From the NCBI GenBank assembly GCA_963717685.1, contig OY970346.1:578970-642969 (forward strand): 64,000 nucleotides of DNA, given 5' to 3'. Positions within the stretch are counted from its first letter, which is position 1. Each line of letters opens with the position of its first letter. This document shows positions 38,864-50,000 of this stretch, piece after piece. The DNA comes from an uncultured Bacteroidales bacterium. GTDB lineage: Bacteria > Bacteroidota > Bacteroidia > Bacteroidales > VadinHA17. The notes beneath the pieces were generated by a model. The model did no database searches, had not been told where the DNA came from, and saw only the letters and a list, made by a program, of their open reading frames with translations. Both the position numbers and the translations under genes were made by a program.

Positions 38864-40755
38864 CTTTTCAGTACAGCGGCGGACAGGGGCTGAAGCTTAA
38901 TCTCTATGCTTTTGCCAATCGTCCTGTAAATTTCATGATCAGCTGAAAGCATATCCCCGAAGCTTCCCTTTTTACCTGCCGGTACGAAAATTGATTCCGG
39001 CTTGTCCGATCTGTTGAATATCACGACGACTTCGTCTTTTCCCAGCTTACGCGTATATGCAAGCACCATTTTCTGATCGTCAGCAAGGGTGAAGGCAAGA
39101 TCGCCATAAACCAGAACAGGGTTTTCTTTTCTCATCTTAACAAGCTTCCTGTAGAATGAAAGCAAAGCCGTATCAGGCCTGACCTCATCAACCGGTCTGC
39201 TTTTTGAAGGATCATAGTTTGCCTTCTCATCTTCATACTTTAGGTCAGCCCATACCATGGGCTTCCTGCAATCAGGATCATCAGCGCCCCACATTCCGAC
39301 CTCATCGCCGTTCCATATATGAGGTGCCCCGACAAAAGTAAACTGATGGATCAGCAGAAGCATCTGTTCCTTCCTTGTGAGCTCATCAGGCTTGTTGATC
39401 CTGTAGTCAGGGCTTGATGAAGGACTTGCATTGTACTTGTCCATCGTCTTATTGAATAATGAAGTCGAAAGACGTGGTGTATCATGCGTCGCTGCAACAT
39501 TCATCATTGCTTCGAGGTTATCATTTTTTATTCCTTTGTCGATCCTTCTTATTTCACTCACAAAACCTGTAGGCTTAAGAACAGGTTCTGCCTGGGCGAA
39601 AAATCCTCTTGCCACCCTGTACCACCTGTAATTCATTATTCCATCGAACTGGTCTCCCTTCAGATAGATACCGGGATCAAGAAGCTTATCGGGCCACTCG
39701 AGCCACCATATCTCACCGACAAGATAAGCATCGGGGTTCACCGATCTAACAACTTTCCTGTATTCGCGCCAGAAACCCATCGGGATCTCACCTGCCACAT
39801 CCAGCCTGAAACCGTCTACGCCATCGGAAAGATTTCCATTTTTGTCAGGATCAAGCCATCTTCTCGTGACACTGAAAATATGCTGCTTCAGTGATTCGGA
39901 ATGGAAATTGCCTTCAAAGGGCATAACTTTTTTGCCGGGCGGAAGAATATCTTTTTTGAAAACAGCCATGTAGGGATTATTGCCTCCCCATCCTTCATAA
40001 CGGAATTCACTGCCGGGGGTTGAAGTATCACCATAACTGATAATGTTGTACCAGTCGGCAAAAGGAGAATTTTTACCGTTCTTCCTGACATCATTCAGCG
40101 CCCAGAAATCCTTGCCTGTATGGTTCCATGAATAATCCATTATCACCCTGATCCCTCTCTTATGGCACTCTGCAATGACCTTCAGGAAGAGCTTGTCGGC
40201 CGAAGTCCATTTCCATGTTGAAGGATCAGCAGGATTTTCCGAGTTCATGATTTCAGCGTCGCCTTTTGGATCCGGGCCGAAATTACGGTCAATATGAGCA
40301 TAATTCCTTGCATCGTATTTATGAAGCGACGGAGAATCATTCAGGGGGTTGAAATAGATGGCATTTACTCCGAGCGTCTGAATGTAATCCAGCTCATCAA
40401 GCACACCCTGAAGGTCGCCGCCGTATCGACGGGCCTGTATCCTGGCGTGGAAATTGCCTGTTTTTAGGCTGTCAAGCCACTGTTCGTGAGCATACCAGTC
40501 ATGCCCCCAGGGCGTTATTTTCCAGGTTGAAGGATAGTGATCAGGATATGCTCCCTTCATATCGGCAGGAGTCGGATCGTTAGTTGTGTCTCCGTTCCGG
40601 AAACGTTCGACAAATATCTGGTACCAGACTGCTTCCTTTGCCCATTTGGGTACCAGGGCATATTGACTATTCTCGGGTTCGTGCCGACAGCCAGTCGACA
40701 ATAAAATTAATGAAGCGGCAGAGAATAATACTGCTTTTATAAATTTAGTCATCAT
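38857..40755 (-). CDS. GH13 neopullulanase/cyclomaltodextrinase-like lipoprotein
   Basis: 632 aa with the lipobox LSTGC and GH13 regions DYSWNHTG, DGFRLDVAGE, YLVGEIWW and VAATHDTPR. Confidence 0.9.
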   Translation of the reverse strand: MMTKFIKAVLFSAASLILLSTGCRHEPENSQYALVPKWAKEAVWYQIFVERFRNGDTTNDPTPADMKGAYPDHYPSTWKITPWGHDWYAHEQWLDSLKTGNFHARIQARRYGGDLQGVLDELDYIQTLGVNAIYFNPLNDSPSLHKYDARNYAHIDRNFGPDPKGDAEIMNSENPADPSTWKWTSADKLFLKVIAECHKRGIRVIMDYSWNHTGKDFWALNDVRKNGKNSPFADWYNIISYGDTSTPGSEFRYEGWGGNNPYMAVFKKDILPPGKKVMPFEGNFHSESLKQHIFSVTRRWLDPDKNGNLSDGVDGFRLDVAGEIPMGFWREYRKVVRSVNPDAYLVGEIWWLEWPDKLLDPGIYLKGDQFDGIMNYRWYRVARGFFAQAEPVLKPTGFVSEIRRIDKGIKNDNLEAMMNVAATHDTPRLSTSLFNKTMDKYNASPSSSPDYRINKPDELTRKEQMLLLIHQFTFVGAPHIWNGDEVGMWGADDPDCRKPMVWADLKYEDEKANYDPSKSRPVDEVRPDTALLSFYRKLVKMRKENPVLVYGDLAFTLADDQKMVLAYTRKLGKDEVVVIFNRSDKPESIFVPAGKKGSFGDMLSADHEIYRTIGKSIEIKLQPLSAAVLKSY

Positions 40756-40853
40756 TTAAGTTTTTTTTGACAGCTTTAACCCATACCTTATCACTCCTCC
40801 TGCAATACGTCAGAATCCTGACAGTAAAATTTGTCATGGGAATTTAATTTATA

Positions 40854-40883
40854 CCCCCTTTCGTTTTCCCCCAAAGGGGAAAG
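40854..40883 (+). repeat. C/G-tract hairpin repeat, copy 5 (CCCCCTTTCGTTTTCCCCCAAAGGGGAAAG)
   Basis: Same architecture as the copies at 15.4-15.7 kb. Confidence 0.65.
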
Positions 40884-40967
40884 AATATAATTTTATTGCC
40901 AGAATTCTGTAGTAATACCCCTGGAGAGTAATTATTAATTTCACTTCATCCTGTTGTTTATTTACTC

Positions 40968-42347
40968 TCACCTTATATAAACCTTATATCCCCAGGGATT
41001 AAGTGTAATTTGTACACTTAATGGAAAGTGCTCCTTTTGTCCTGTGAAATATTCCGTATATTCTCCGTCAAGGCCTTTCAGTTCCGGCTTAAAGGTCACA
41101 TCTTTCTTTGTAAGATTAAGGAACACGACTACCCTGTTTCCCTCCTTTTCCCTGTAATATGCGAATATCTTGTTATCCCTGTTCGTCGGGATCTTTACCA
41201 TTGGTCCTCCGAAATCGCCGTTCCACAAAGCCCTGTTGTCTTTCTTAAGCCTGATGAGGCCGGTATAAAAACCGGTAAGGCTGCAGCTATCCCATTTAAT
41301 CGGGTCTCTTACGAAGAACTTCAGCTTCCTGTTAAGACAATCTTCCTGTCCGCTGTAGATAAGGGGAACGGCCTGATCGGTGAAGATCATTGTTGCAAAA
41401 ACTTTCTGTGCAGGTCCCATAAGCGAATCTATCGTACCTGCCCAGGAGTTCTCGTCATGGTTTGTCAGGAACTGGAGCCGATATGCATTGTTGGGATAAA
41501 GAAGCCATTCCTTTTTAAAGTAATTTGTGATTGCATTTGCACTGTCCCTGCCCTGCGCCACGGTGTTCATCAGGTGATGAAGCTCCCATGCATAGTTCAT
41601 GTCAAAACCCTTTTCCAGGTAATTGAAGGGCTGTTCTATTTCAGCCAGCATAAGAACGGGCCTGATAGTATTGAGTTCCTTCCTTGCCCTTTCCCAGAAC
41701 TCCTTCGGCGTATTGTTCGGGTGATCGACCCGGAATCCGTCCACTCCCATTTTCACCCAGAACGATAACGCGCTTATCATATAATCCTGCAGGCCTTTCT
41801 GCGACCAGTCGAGCTGAATGACATCTGTCCAGTCGGTCCCCACGGGAGGCGTGAACTTGCCATCCTTGTCCCTGACGTAATATCCCGGGTGCTCTTTTGC
41901 AAGCGGATTATCCCAGGCAGTATGATTTGGCACCCAGTCGAGCATTACATACATTCCGAGTTCATGGGCCTTATTCAGAACTTCCTTAAAATCGTCCATA
42001 GTACCGAACTCCGGATTGACATCCATGTAATCCTTAACCGAATAATAACTCCCGAGTGCTTCCTTCCTGTTAAGCACACCGATAGGATTGATGGGCATAA
42101 ACCACAGTACGTCGACACCAAGGGCTTTCAGTCTCGGAATGTGCTTTTCGAATGCCTTCAGCGTGCCTTCATCGGTGTATTGCCTCAGGTTCACTTCATA
42201 CATTACAACATTCTTTGACCATTCCGGATGGACCACCTCCGAAATCAGCGGCTTCAGCTCCTTTTTCTTGCCAAAAAACGAACAGCCCGCCACAATAAAT
42301 ACGATGGCAAGCAATAATGTCAGAATCGTTACAGATAATTTTTCCAT
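40968..42347 (-). CDS. GH13 alpha-amylase, probable lipoprotein
   Basis: 459 aa with the lipobox VAGC and GH13 regions LDWVPNHTA, DGFRVDHPN, MLAEIEQ and FLTNHDENS. Confidence 0.9.
   Translation of the reverse strand: MEKLSVTILTLLLAIVFIVAGCSFFGKKKELKPLISEVVHPEWSKNVVMYEVNLRQYTDEGTLKAFEKHIPRLKALGVDVLWFMPINPIGVLNRKEALGSYYSVKDYMDVNPEFGTMDDFKEVLNKAHELGMYVMLDWVPNHTAWDNPLAKEHPGYYVRDKDGKFTPPVGTDWTDVIQLDWSQKGLQDYMISALSFWVKMGVDGFRVDHPNNTPKEFWERARKELNTIRPVLMLAEIEQPFNYLEKGFDMNYAWELHHLMNTVAQGRDSANAITNYFKKEWLLYPNNAYRLQFLTNHDENSWAGTIDSLMGPAQKVFATMIFTDQAVPLIYSGQEDCLNRKLKFFVRDPIKWDSCSLTGFYTGLIRLKKDNRALWNGDFGGPMVKIPTNRDNKIFAYYREKEGNRVVVFLNLTKKDVTFKPELKGLDGEYTEYFTGQKEHFPLSVQITLNPWGYKVYIR
40997..41020. repeat. 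24-nt palindrome GATTAAGTGTAATTTGTACACTTA (copy B, inside the 3' end of the GH13 gene)
   Basis: 23/24 identical to 10858-10881. Encodes ...LSVQITLNP... of the GH13 C-terminus. Confidence 0.85.
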
Positions 42348-42362
42348 GATTTCCTTATTGAA

Positions 42363-44681
42363 TTATTTCTTTTCAACAGCAATAGATTCCTTACCGGAGG
42401 CAGGCACCCTGTAATTCCTGCCATAGACCATAATCTGCAATGTCTTACCGGAAATATTCCTGACGGTCACCTCCTTGCAGGTGACCTTGATCTCAAACAG
42501 GATCCCCCGGAACCTTGCATGGAACGAATAGGATTTCCACTGTTCGGGGATAAGAGGGTCAATCTTCACCTTGCTGTCAAGGATCCTCATCCTTCCGAAG
42601 CCTTCAACGATTGCCAGCCATGTTCCTGCCATGCTTGTTATATGAAGGCCGTCGCCAACCTCATTATTGTAGTCATCGAGGTCCAGGCGGGCAGTCCGGA
42701 GGTAAAGCTCATAAGCCTTCTTAATATTTCCTATCCTTGAAGCCATTATTGAATATATGCAGGCTGACAATGACGATTCATGAACAGTCATCGGTTCATA
42801 AAAATCATAATTTCTTTTAATTGTTTCAGTGTCAAACTTATCCTCGAAAAGGTACAGCCCCTGCAGGACATCGGCCTGCTTGATAAAGCACGATCTGAGT
42901 ATCCTGTCCCATGACCAGTGCTGGTTGATCGGGCGCTGACCTGCAGGCAACTTGTCGGCACTCATCAGTTCCTTGTCAAGGAAGCCATCCTGCTGAAGAA
43001 ACAGATTCCGGTCGGGATCAAAAGGCAGGTACATTTTATTAATTATGGCCTTCCAGAGCTTTGTCTCCTTTTCAAATTCAAGTCCTGTCTTTTCAATAAT
43101 TTCACGGTATCTGGCAGGAGCATCCCTGCTGACCGTCTCCAGGTTCTGGATTGTATAGGATAATGTCCATACTGCCAGAGTATTGGTGTACCAGTTGTTA
43201 TTGACATTATTTTCGTATTCATTAGGGCCGGTGACCCCAAGGATCATATATTTCTTTCTTTGCTCCGACCAGTTTACCCTCTGGCTCCAGAACCTGGAGA
43301 TCCCTATCAGAACTTCCAGACCGTAATCTGCCATATAATCCGAGTCGCCGGTATGCCTTATATAATTATATATGGCATATGCGATTGCCCCGTTCCTGTG
43401 GATTTCCTCGAAAGTGATCTCCCATTCGTTATGGCATTCCTCACCATTCATTGTCACCATCGGGTAAAGAGCGGCCCCGCCCGTAAACCCAAGCTTTTCT
43501 GCATTCCTCATGCTTGCGGCAAGATGCTTATACCTGTAAAGCAAGAGATTCCTTGCGACCTTCTGATCGGCCGTTTTAAGGAAAAAAGGAAGTGCGAATG
43601 CCTCAGTATCCCAGTATGTGCTCCCGCCGTATTTTTCACCCGTGAATCCTTTTGGTCCTATATTTAGACGCTCATCTTTTCCGGTATAGGTCTGGTTCAA
43701 CTGGAATATATTGAATCTTATTGCCTGTTGGGCAGCGACATCGCCTTCAATAACGATATCTGAATACGACCATATTTTGCTCCATTCCGATCTGTGCTCA
43801 GAAAAGAGCTTATCGCAGCCTTTTGATGAGACCTCTGCCAGCCTGGCCCATGTATCAGCTATCAGTTTGTCTTTCGGGTTATTGAGAGAAGAAATTACTG
43901 AAACATATTTAACCATGGTCAGCTCTTCTCCCGCATTTATCCTGGTCCTGTACTCGTTTGCCACGAATTTATCGCGATCGATCACGGACGGCTTCACTCC
44001 GGCAATTTCCCTGTTCCTGAGGAATACGTTCAACATTCCGGTGGCAACGTGAAAATCGGTTTTCATTGTACGGGAGACTATAATTCCGGAGTCCTCAGAT
44101 GCTTCGTGCGCTACTTCGGTCCAGAATTTTTTCCCATAGTTTGCATCTTCGTTTTTCACATCTGAGTCGATATAAGAGACAAAACTGATATCGCCCTCAA
44201 AATCAATGGATTTTACCGAATACTGAACCACACCGATATCCGGTTCCGACATGCTCAGGAATCTCCTGGAATGGAATTCGAGAGTCTTATTCTTTGCAGC
44301 AGAAAGATGGAAAGTCCTGTCAAGGAAGCCCTCCTTCATATTGAGTACTCTTTTGAATGAGCTTATCCTGGAAGTTGCAAGATCGACGTGAATTCCGCTC
44401 ACTGAAATGTCAATCCCGATCCATTTGGGAGCGTTCAGCACTTTTGCAAAGTATTCAGGATACCCGTTTTTCCACCATCCCACTCTTGTTTTGTCAGGAT
44501 AATAAACACCTGCTATATAGCTTCCCTGCAAGCTGTCGCCCGAATAATTTTCCTCAAAATTTGCCCGCTGGCCCATATAACCGTTCCCGATGGAAAAGAT
44601 GCTTTCTGACTCCCTGTTCATTTCAGGGTGAAATCCCTCTTCTATTATGAGCCATTCATCTTTCTTGTAAGAGTTGTTCAT
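42363..44681 (-). CDS. GH65 maltose (or kojibiose/trehalose) phosphorylase
   Basis: 772 aa with typical GH65 length and motifs (GPNEYENNVNNNWYTN, HITSMAGTW). Translationally coupled to beta-PGM. Confidence 0.9.
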   Translation of the reverse strand: MNNSYKKDEWLIIEEGFHPEMNRESESIFSIGNGYMGQRANFEENYSGDSLQGSYIAGVYYPDKTRVGWWKNGYPEYFAKVLNAPKWIGIDISVSGIHVDLATSRISSFKRVLNMKEGFLDRTFHLSAAKNKTLEFHSRRFLSMSEPDIGVVQYSVKSIDFEGDISFVSYIDSDVKNEDANYGKKFWTEVAHEASEDSGIIVSRTMKTDFHVATGMLNVFLRNREIAGVKPSVIDRDKFVANEYRTRINAGEELTMVKYVSVISSLNNPKDKLIADTWARLAEVSSKGCDKLFSEHRSEWSKIWSYSDIVIEGDVAAQQAIRFNIFQLNQTYTGKDERLNIGPKGFTGEKYGGSTYWDTEAFALPFFLKTADQKVARNLLLYRYKHLAASMRNAEKLGFTGGAALYPMVTMNGEECHNEWEITFEEIHRNGAIAYAIYNYIRHTGDSDYMADYGLEVLIGISRFWSQRVNWSEQRKKYMILGVTGPNEYENNVNNNWYTNTLAVWTLSYTIQNLETVSRDAPARYREIIEKTGLEFEKETKLWKAIINKMYLPFDPDRNLFLQQDGFLDKELMSADKLPAGQRPINQHWSWDRILRSCFIKQADVLQGLYLFEDKFDTETIKRNYDFYEPMTVHESSLSACIYSIMASRIGNIKKAYELYLRTARLDLDDYNNEVGDGLHITSMAGTWLAIVEGFGRMRILDSKVKIDPLIPEQWKSYSFHARFRGILFEIKVTCKEVTVRNISGKTLQIMVYGRNYRVPASGKESIAVEKK

Positions 44682-45346
44682 ATTTTAATCCCCTTTTCGA
44701 TTATTCTAAGTTTATCAAGGTTCATCAAATATAATCCGGGCACTACATAATGAGCCTTATTCAGAATTTTCTCCGAACCGATGCCGATGCATATCATTCC
44801 GGCATTCAAGGCTGCCTCGACTCCTGCAGCCGCATCCTCGAATACAACGCAATGCATGGGGTCAGTGCCTGTCATTTTTGCTGCCTTTAAAAACACTTCA
44901 GGGTCCGGCTTTGCTTTATGAACCACATTACCATCGGCGACAGCGTCGAACAGCTTATCCATTCTGACTCTTTCAAGGATAAGAGGAGTGTTCCTGCTTG
45001 CAGAACCGAGAGCCACCTTTAACCCGGCAGCCTTCAACTCCCCGATAAATTCCAGGCTTCCCGGGAGAATCTCCACGGGGGTCATTTTACTTATATATTC
45101 GACATACCATTTATTTTTAAGACTTGCATATTCTTCCTTTTGTTTTTCATCGGGCTTCATATTTCCGATATCGAGTATGATGTCAAGTGAAGCCATTCTG
45201 CTGACACCTTTAAGGCGTTCATTGTCGTTCTCGGTAAAATGAATACCCAGCTGTTCTGCAAGCCGTTTCCATGCAAGGAAATGGTACTTCGCCGTATCAA
45301 CAATCACACCGTCAAGGTCAAAAATGCAAGTTTTTATAAACATCAT
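44678..45346 (-). CDS. pgmB: beta-phosphoglucomutase
   Basis: 222-aa HAD protein with DLDGVIVDT, located directly upstream of GH65. Its stop overlaps the GH65 start by 4 nt. Confidence 0.9.
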   Translation of the reverse strand: MMFIKTCIFDLDGVIVDTAKYHFLAWKRLAEQLGIHFTENDNERLKGVSRMASLDIILDIGNMKPDEKQKEEYASLKNKWYVEYISKMTPVEILPGSLEFIGELKAAGLKVALGSASRNTPLILERVRMDKLFDAVADGNVVHKAKPDPEVFLKAAKMTGTDPMHCVVFEDAAAGVEAALNAGMICIGIGSEKILNKAHYVVPGLYLMNLDKLRIIEKGIKI

Positions 45347-46864
45347 TCATTTTTTTATCTCATTCACATCCCTGACTATGAACAGAACCAGCAGGGCAGC
45401 AATGAACATTGAAATACCGCCTGTCACGAGGGCATAAATGCTCTGTCCGCCGAACAAGCTTTTCACAAAGAAGCCCAATATGCTTGCTGCCATTATCTGC
45501 GGGATCACTATAAAGAAATTGAAGATGCCCATATAGGTCCCCATTTTGTTAACCGGAAGGGCTCCCGTAAGGATGGCATAGGGCATTGCAAGGATGCTGG
45601 CCCATGCGAGTCCTATGCCCAGCATCGATATAATGAGCATATGGGGAGTCCTGAAAAGGATAATTGAGATCAGGCCCAGTCCGCCTGCAGTAAGGCTTAT
45701 TGCGTGCGTGATGCGCCTGTTTGTAAGCCTGGCCAGTACAGGAAGGAGGAAAGCCACAACAGCTGCAAAGCCATTATACACCGCGAACAGGACTCCCACC
45801 CAGTTTGCTCCCTGATTATAAAGCTCACTCGTGGGATCCTTTGTACCATAAATATGGCTTGTTACGGCTGATGTCGTATATATCCACATTGAAAACAAAG
45901 CGAACCATGAAAAGAACTGGACAATTGCAAGCTGGCTCATTGTTTTGGGCATCATCATAAGATCCCGAAGTACGATCACAACTCCATTGGTCGTTTTTCC
46001 CCGGGAAATAAGAGCTCCTGTGATCAGCTGGATCACGCCGAATCCTGCGACACCCACAGAAAGAATGTATAATTCCTTTTCAAGGGAACAGAAATAGATA
46101 ATCAGGCTTACCGCAAGTCCGGCAAGAATCCAGTATAATCCCCTGACAAGAAAAGCTTTGCTCCCCAGGGATCTGACTGAATTGAAGTCTTCTTCCACAA
46201 CATATTTCTCCTCATCTGAATATTCGCGCAATTCCTCAGGTGAATATTCCCTTGTCCTGACTATTGTCCACAAAACGGCAGAAATAAAAACAATTCCCCC
46301 GATGTAAAACGATAGTTTCACTGAAAGCGGTATCTGGCCCACAGGGGCAGTGTTTGGTACATGAAACCAGTTTGCCAGTACATACGGAAGAAGGGATGCT
46401 ATTACAGCTCCTGTCCCGATAAAGAAGCTTTGTGTTGCAAACCCGGCAGTTCTCTGTTCATCAGGAAGCATATCCCCGACGAATGCCCTGAAAGGCTCCA
46501 TGGAAATATTAATTGAGGCATCCATTATCCAGAGCATCCCGGCAGCGATCCAGAGAACAGGAGAGTTGGGCATGACAAGAAGCGCGCAGGATGCCAGTAT
46601 TGCTCCTGTAAGGAAATATGGACGCCTGCGGCCCAGCCTGTTCCAGGTATTATCGCTCATATGCCCGATGATCGGCTGAATAATCAGCCCTGTTACCGGA
46701 GCTGCTATCCATAATATCGGAATATTCTCAACCTTTGCTCCAAGTGTCTCAAAAATCCTGCTCACATTAGCATTCTGAAGCGCAAATCCAAACTGAATTC
46801 CAAGGAAGCCGAAACTCATATTCCATATCTGCCAGAAGGTCAGCCTTGGTTTTGGTTTTTTCAT
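45347..46864 (-). CDS. MFS sugar transporter (SLC45/GPH-like, putative maltose/maltodextrin importer)
   Basis: 505 aa with about 12 TM segments. RLGRRRPY loop motif. First gene of the minus-strand catabolic operon. Confidence 0.85.
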   Translation of the reverse strand: MKKPKPRLTFWQIWNMSFGFLGIQFGFALQNANVSRIFETLGAKVENIPILWIAAPVTGLIIQPIIGHMSDNTWNRLGRRRPYFLTGAILASCALLVMPNSPVLWIAAGMLWIMDASINISMEPFRAFVGDMLPDEQRTAGFATQSFFIGTGAVIASLLPYVLANWFHVPNTAPVGQIPLSVKLSFYIGGIVFISAVLWTIVRTREYSPEELREYSDEEKYVVEEDFNSVRSLGSKAFLVRGLYWILAGLAVSLIIYFCSLEKELYILSVGVAGFGVIQLITGALISRGKTTNGVVIVLRDLMMMPKTMSQLAIVQFFSWFALFSMWIYTTSAVTSHIYGTKDPTSELYNQGANWVGVLFAVYNGFAAVVAFLLPVLARLTNRRITHAISLTAGGLGLISIILFRTPHMLIISMLGIGLAWASILAMPYAILTGALPVNKMGTYMGIFNFFIVIPQIMAASILGFFVKSLFGGQSIYALVTGGISMFIAALLVLFIVRDVNEIKK

Positions 46865-46920
46865 TATAGTCAGATCTTAAGGATAGTAATAAAACCTAAG
46901 GATAGTATCTCAAAAATATA

Positions 46921-46928
46921 GAAAAGGA
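46921..46928 (-). promoter_or_regulatory. candidate -7 promoter box (TATTTTTG on minus strand) for MFS-pgmB-GH65-GH13 operon
   Basis: TAnnTTTG match on the minus strand, 57 nt upstream of the MFS ATG. Confidence 0.4.
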
Positions 46929-47005
46929 TTCGTATTTAAAGCCCCGTATGTCATTTATTTACACGGAGATTCGCTGATTATCAGATCAAAAATCATGGCG
47001 ACTTT

Positions 47006-47021
47006 GTTTCAAACGTTTTCG
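47006..47021. promoter_or_regulatory. candidate LacI-type operator GTTTCAAACGTTTTCG
   Basis: Shares TTTCAAACGTTT with the site at 28232-28247. Lies upstream of the MFS operon. Confidence 0.5.
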
Positions 47022-47056
47022 GAAAATAGAAAATAATTTACATAACCAGAATAACT

Positions 47057-50000
47057 TCACTGGGCCAGGGTAAATTTAAGGCTGAAACCGAAATCCGTAT
47101 TTGAAGTTGGGAATGTCGTGGCAACAAAAGGATTATTCGTTGTCTGGTCGATAAACATCTGTAGATTGAACCTGTCGCTAAGCGCATAATCGGCTGTAAA
47201 TCCGGTTGTCAGGACCTGTTGTCCGACAACCGGCTGATCGACATCCTCTATAAGCTCTCGCGCAATTGTTTTGTTATCGCGGATTGAAAAATCGAGCCGC
47301 AGGTTCAGGTTGCTTTTAAATGCCTTCTGGGTACCCCCTGTCTTCAATATCACCTTGACGTCGCTGAACCTGTAACCTACACCAACCACAAGCTCATTTA
47401 TCCTGTCATCAGCAATTTCATTGCTTGACAGATTTAACGTCACGGTACGGGACTTTTTCCATTCAATCCTGGTGGTCATACTGTTCTTCCAGTTCATGTC
47501 CACGTTAATGAGCGGGCTGAACTGCTCATTAATAGTGACGGTATTCAATGCAAACTGCGGGATGAAATTTTCCTGCAGGTCCCTGATATAGTTCAGCCCG
47601 TTCTCTCCGGCGACGTAATTGAGGTTTGTCGTATAGGATCCGATCTGGTAAGTGCTGATATACTGATGTGAAATTGTTATCGATCTGAACAGCGTCTGCA
47701 CAAAATCATATTTTGACAATCCGTCAAAAGTAATTCTCCAGTTAGGCATCATTGACAGGGCCGATGGGAAAGTTGCAAGCGTCACATCGCGCGGATTTGT
47801 CTTCGTGTAGGCTGCCAGAAATGCAGGCACCATGACTTCGCTTGACGTCTCGCCGTATCCGTTCTTGAAATCGCCTGTTATGGCGCTGCCTGTAACCGGA
47901 TCAATATTGGGATTGTAAGAAGGATCAATATTTGCCCGCTGTGTTGCCAGCCTTTGAGATATTACGACCAAATCCCTTTTGAAAGCCTCAAATGTAGGTG
48001 AGGCATAATTGTTATTCTTTGATACTTTTTCAAAAGCGGTGCCCCAGGAAATAATCGACATTTCGAATGATCCACCTATTGTAGTGTTCCGTGTGCTGTC
48101 CGGGAACTGACCGCTGGAGTTAGCAATATAATAAGAATTTGTATTCTGAACGAATCTTCTGATAGCGTTAAGGTCTATCTTCAATCCCGGGATTGGTTCT
48201 ATCATGCTTCTCAGAGAAAATTCCAGCTTTTTGGTGTAGCTTGCCGGTGTGTTCAGCAGGGTGTCTTTCGAAAGCCATCCATGAGAAACTGCCCTGTCAA
48301 AAAATGTCCGGCTGCCCAATCCAAGGATAAAAGGCCATCCCGGAGCAAGGGCGCCATTTACATTCGACATACCCAGGATGGTTGTTTTAGGCATATAGCC
48401 AGGCAGGTAGAGTCCCTGCGAAGATGTTATGGTCATAGAGACGGATCTCACTCCCATCAGACCCCTGATCAGGTATTCTCCGGTAATTATCAGCGGATTC
48501 TGTTTAAGCTGAACTTTCCCCTCTATGATCACTTTTGCACCATCGACCTGTTCAGAGGAGGTAAAGTTGATTTTGTTCTCATTCACCACTTCGACTTTGC
48601 CTTTGACTTCACCACCACCCTTTCTGAGCACTTTTACCTTTACATCCCTGGTCTTCAGATTGTGCACTATAGCCCTAGGCGTTTTTGGCTTGAAACTGAC
48701 ATTGTCCTTTGTATAAGTCACGGTCCTGAACTCATTCTTAAGATGATGATTTGATTCAGGACGGGTATCGCTTTCCACTCTTTTAAGGAATTTTGACTTG
48801 GAGTACAGGGCCGCCAGGTTCCCCATTGTGGTCAGGGTCAATTCATTACTGTTCTTGATAGTATTCCCTACATTAATGCCAAGGCTATCAGGATAAACGG
48901 GGCCTGCCAGCCAGTCATATTCAGCAGTATAGCGGGCGTTTGAGTTTATCCAGCCAAGGAGCGGGAGCTTATTGACAGGAATTGTGTAGGTTGCATTTAT
49001 TATATGGGTGTAGGAGGTTGTCCTTCCGAATCTTTTGAGCTCTTTAAGAACCGAGTCGCGCCAGATCCTGTACTCATCCGGATATTCTTTCTTATCCACG
49101 GGGCCGTCAGGTTCATCAATCCTTGCTAGGTTTGTTGCAGTGAAATCAATTTTAAGCTGGCGGGTCACATCGTATTTGACATCATATATCCTTGTCCACT
49201 CAAAATCCTTTCTGTATGTAGGATTAATGATCATGTCCGGATTATCAATATCCCTGGTCCGTATTTCATTATAGTCGCGCGACAGTTCATTTCTGATGGA
49301 AATGCTTTTAGGCAGGAGATAGAAATTGAAATCCTTTATAATCCTGAATATTTTCCCATTCAGGAACTGGATATTCTTGAAAGGCATTATATTAGCCGGC
49401 TGGCCCTGGTAGTCATAATTGAGTCCGCCCTTATAGTCTTTTTCAAGGTCGATAACCGTCGTGGTATTGTGGCTGTACAGTTCGTTAAAGGAATAGTTTG
49501 CGCTTAAATTGGCAATGTCCCACAGATGCGACTTTTTGCCTTTCTTGCCTATTCCCACATTATTTAAAGTGATTGTTTTCCTCAATGAATATTCTTCGGT
49601 CAGCGACTTGAGTGAATCTTTTTCAGCTTTAGTCCGGGCCACCGACAAAGCATCAGAAAGAAGGATATCAGGATCAAGCGGGTTATATTCGGGTGTGGTC
49701 CAGGCTTCCGAATAACCAACATATAAGGGCAGTCTGACCATCATTTTTTCCGGGAAGAATTTTCCCATCTCTATGTTGGACGACAGGTCATATTTGGTGG
49801 TACCGTCAAGGCTTCTGTCATTGATTTTGCTATCGAGGCTTCCCCACCCCGGAGTGCTTGCCTGTCCCACCAGGTCTATTGATCCAAGATCGGCAAGATG
49901 TGCCTGGAGATGTCCGTTTGCCGCCCATCCGCCTTTTTCTATAAAATCATTGAGCCTTAATTCATCGACCCACACTTCCCCCCATTTCGGGGATCCGTCG

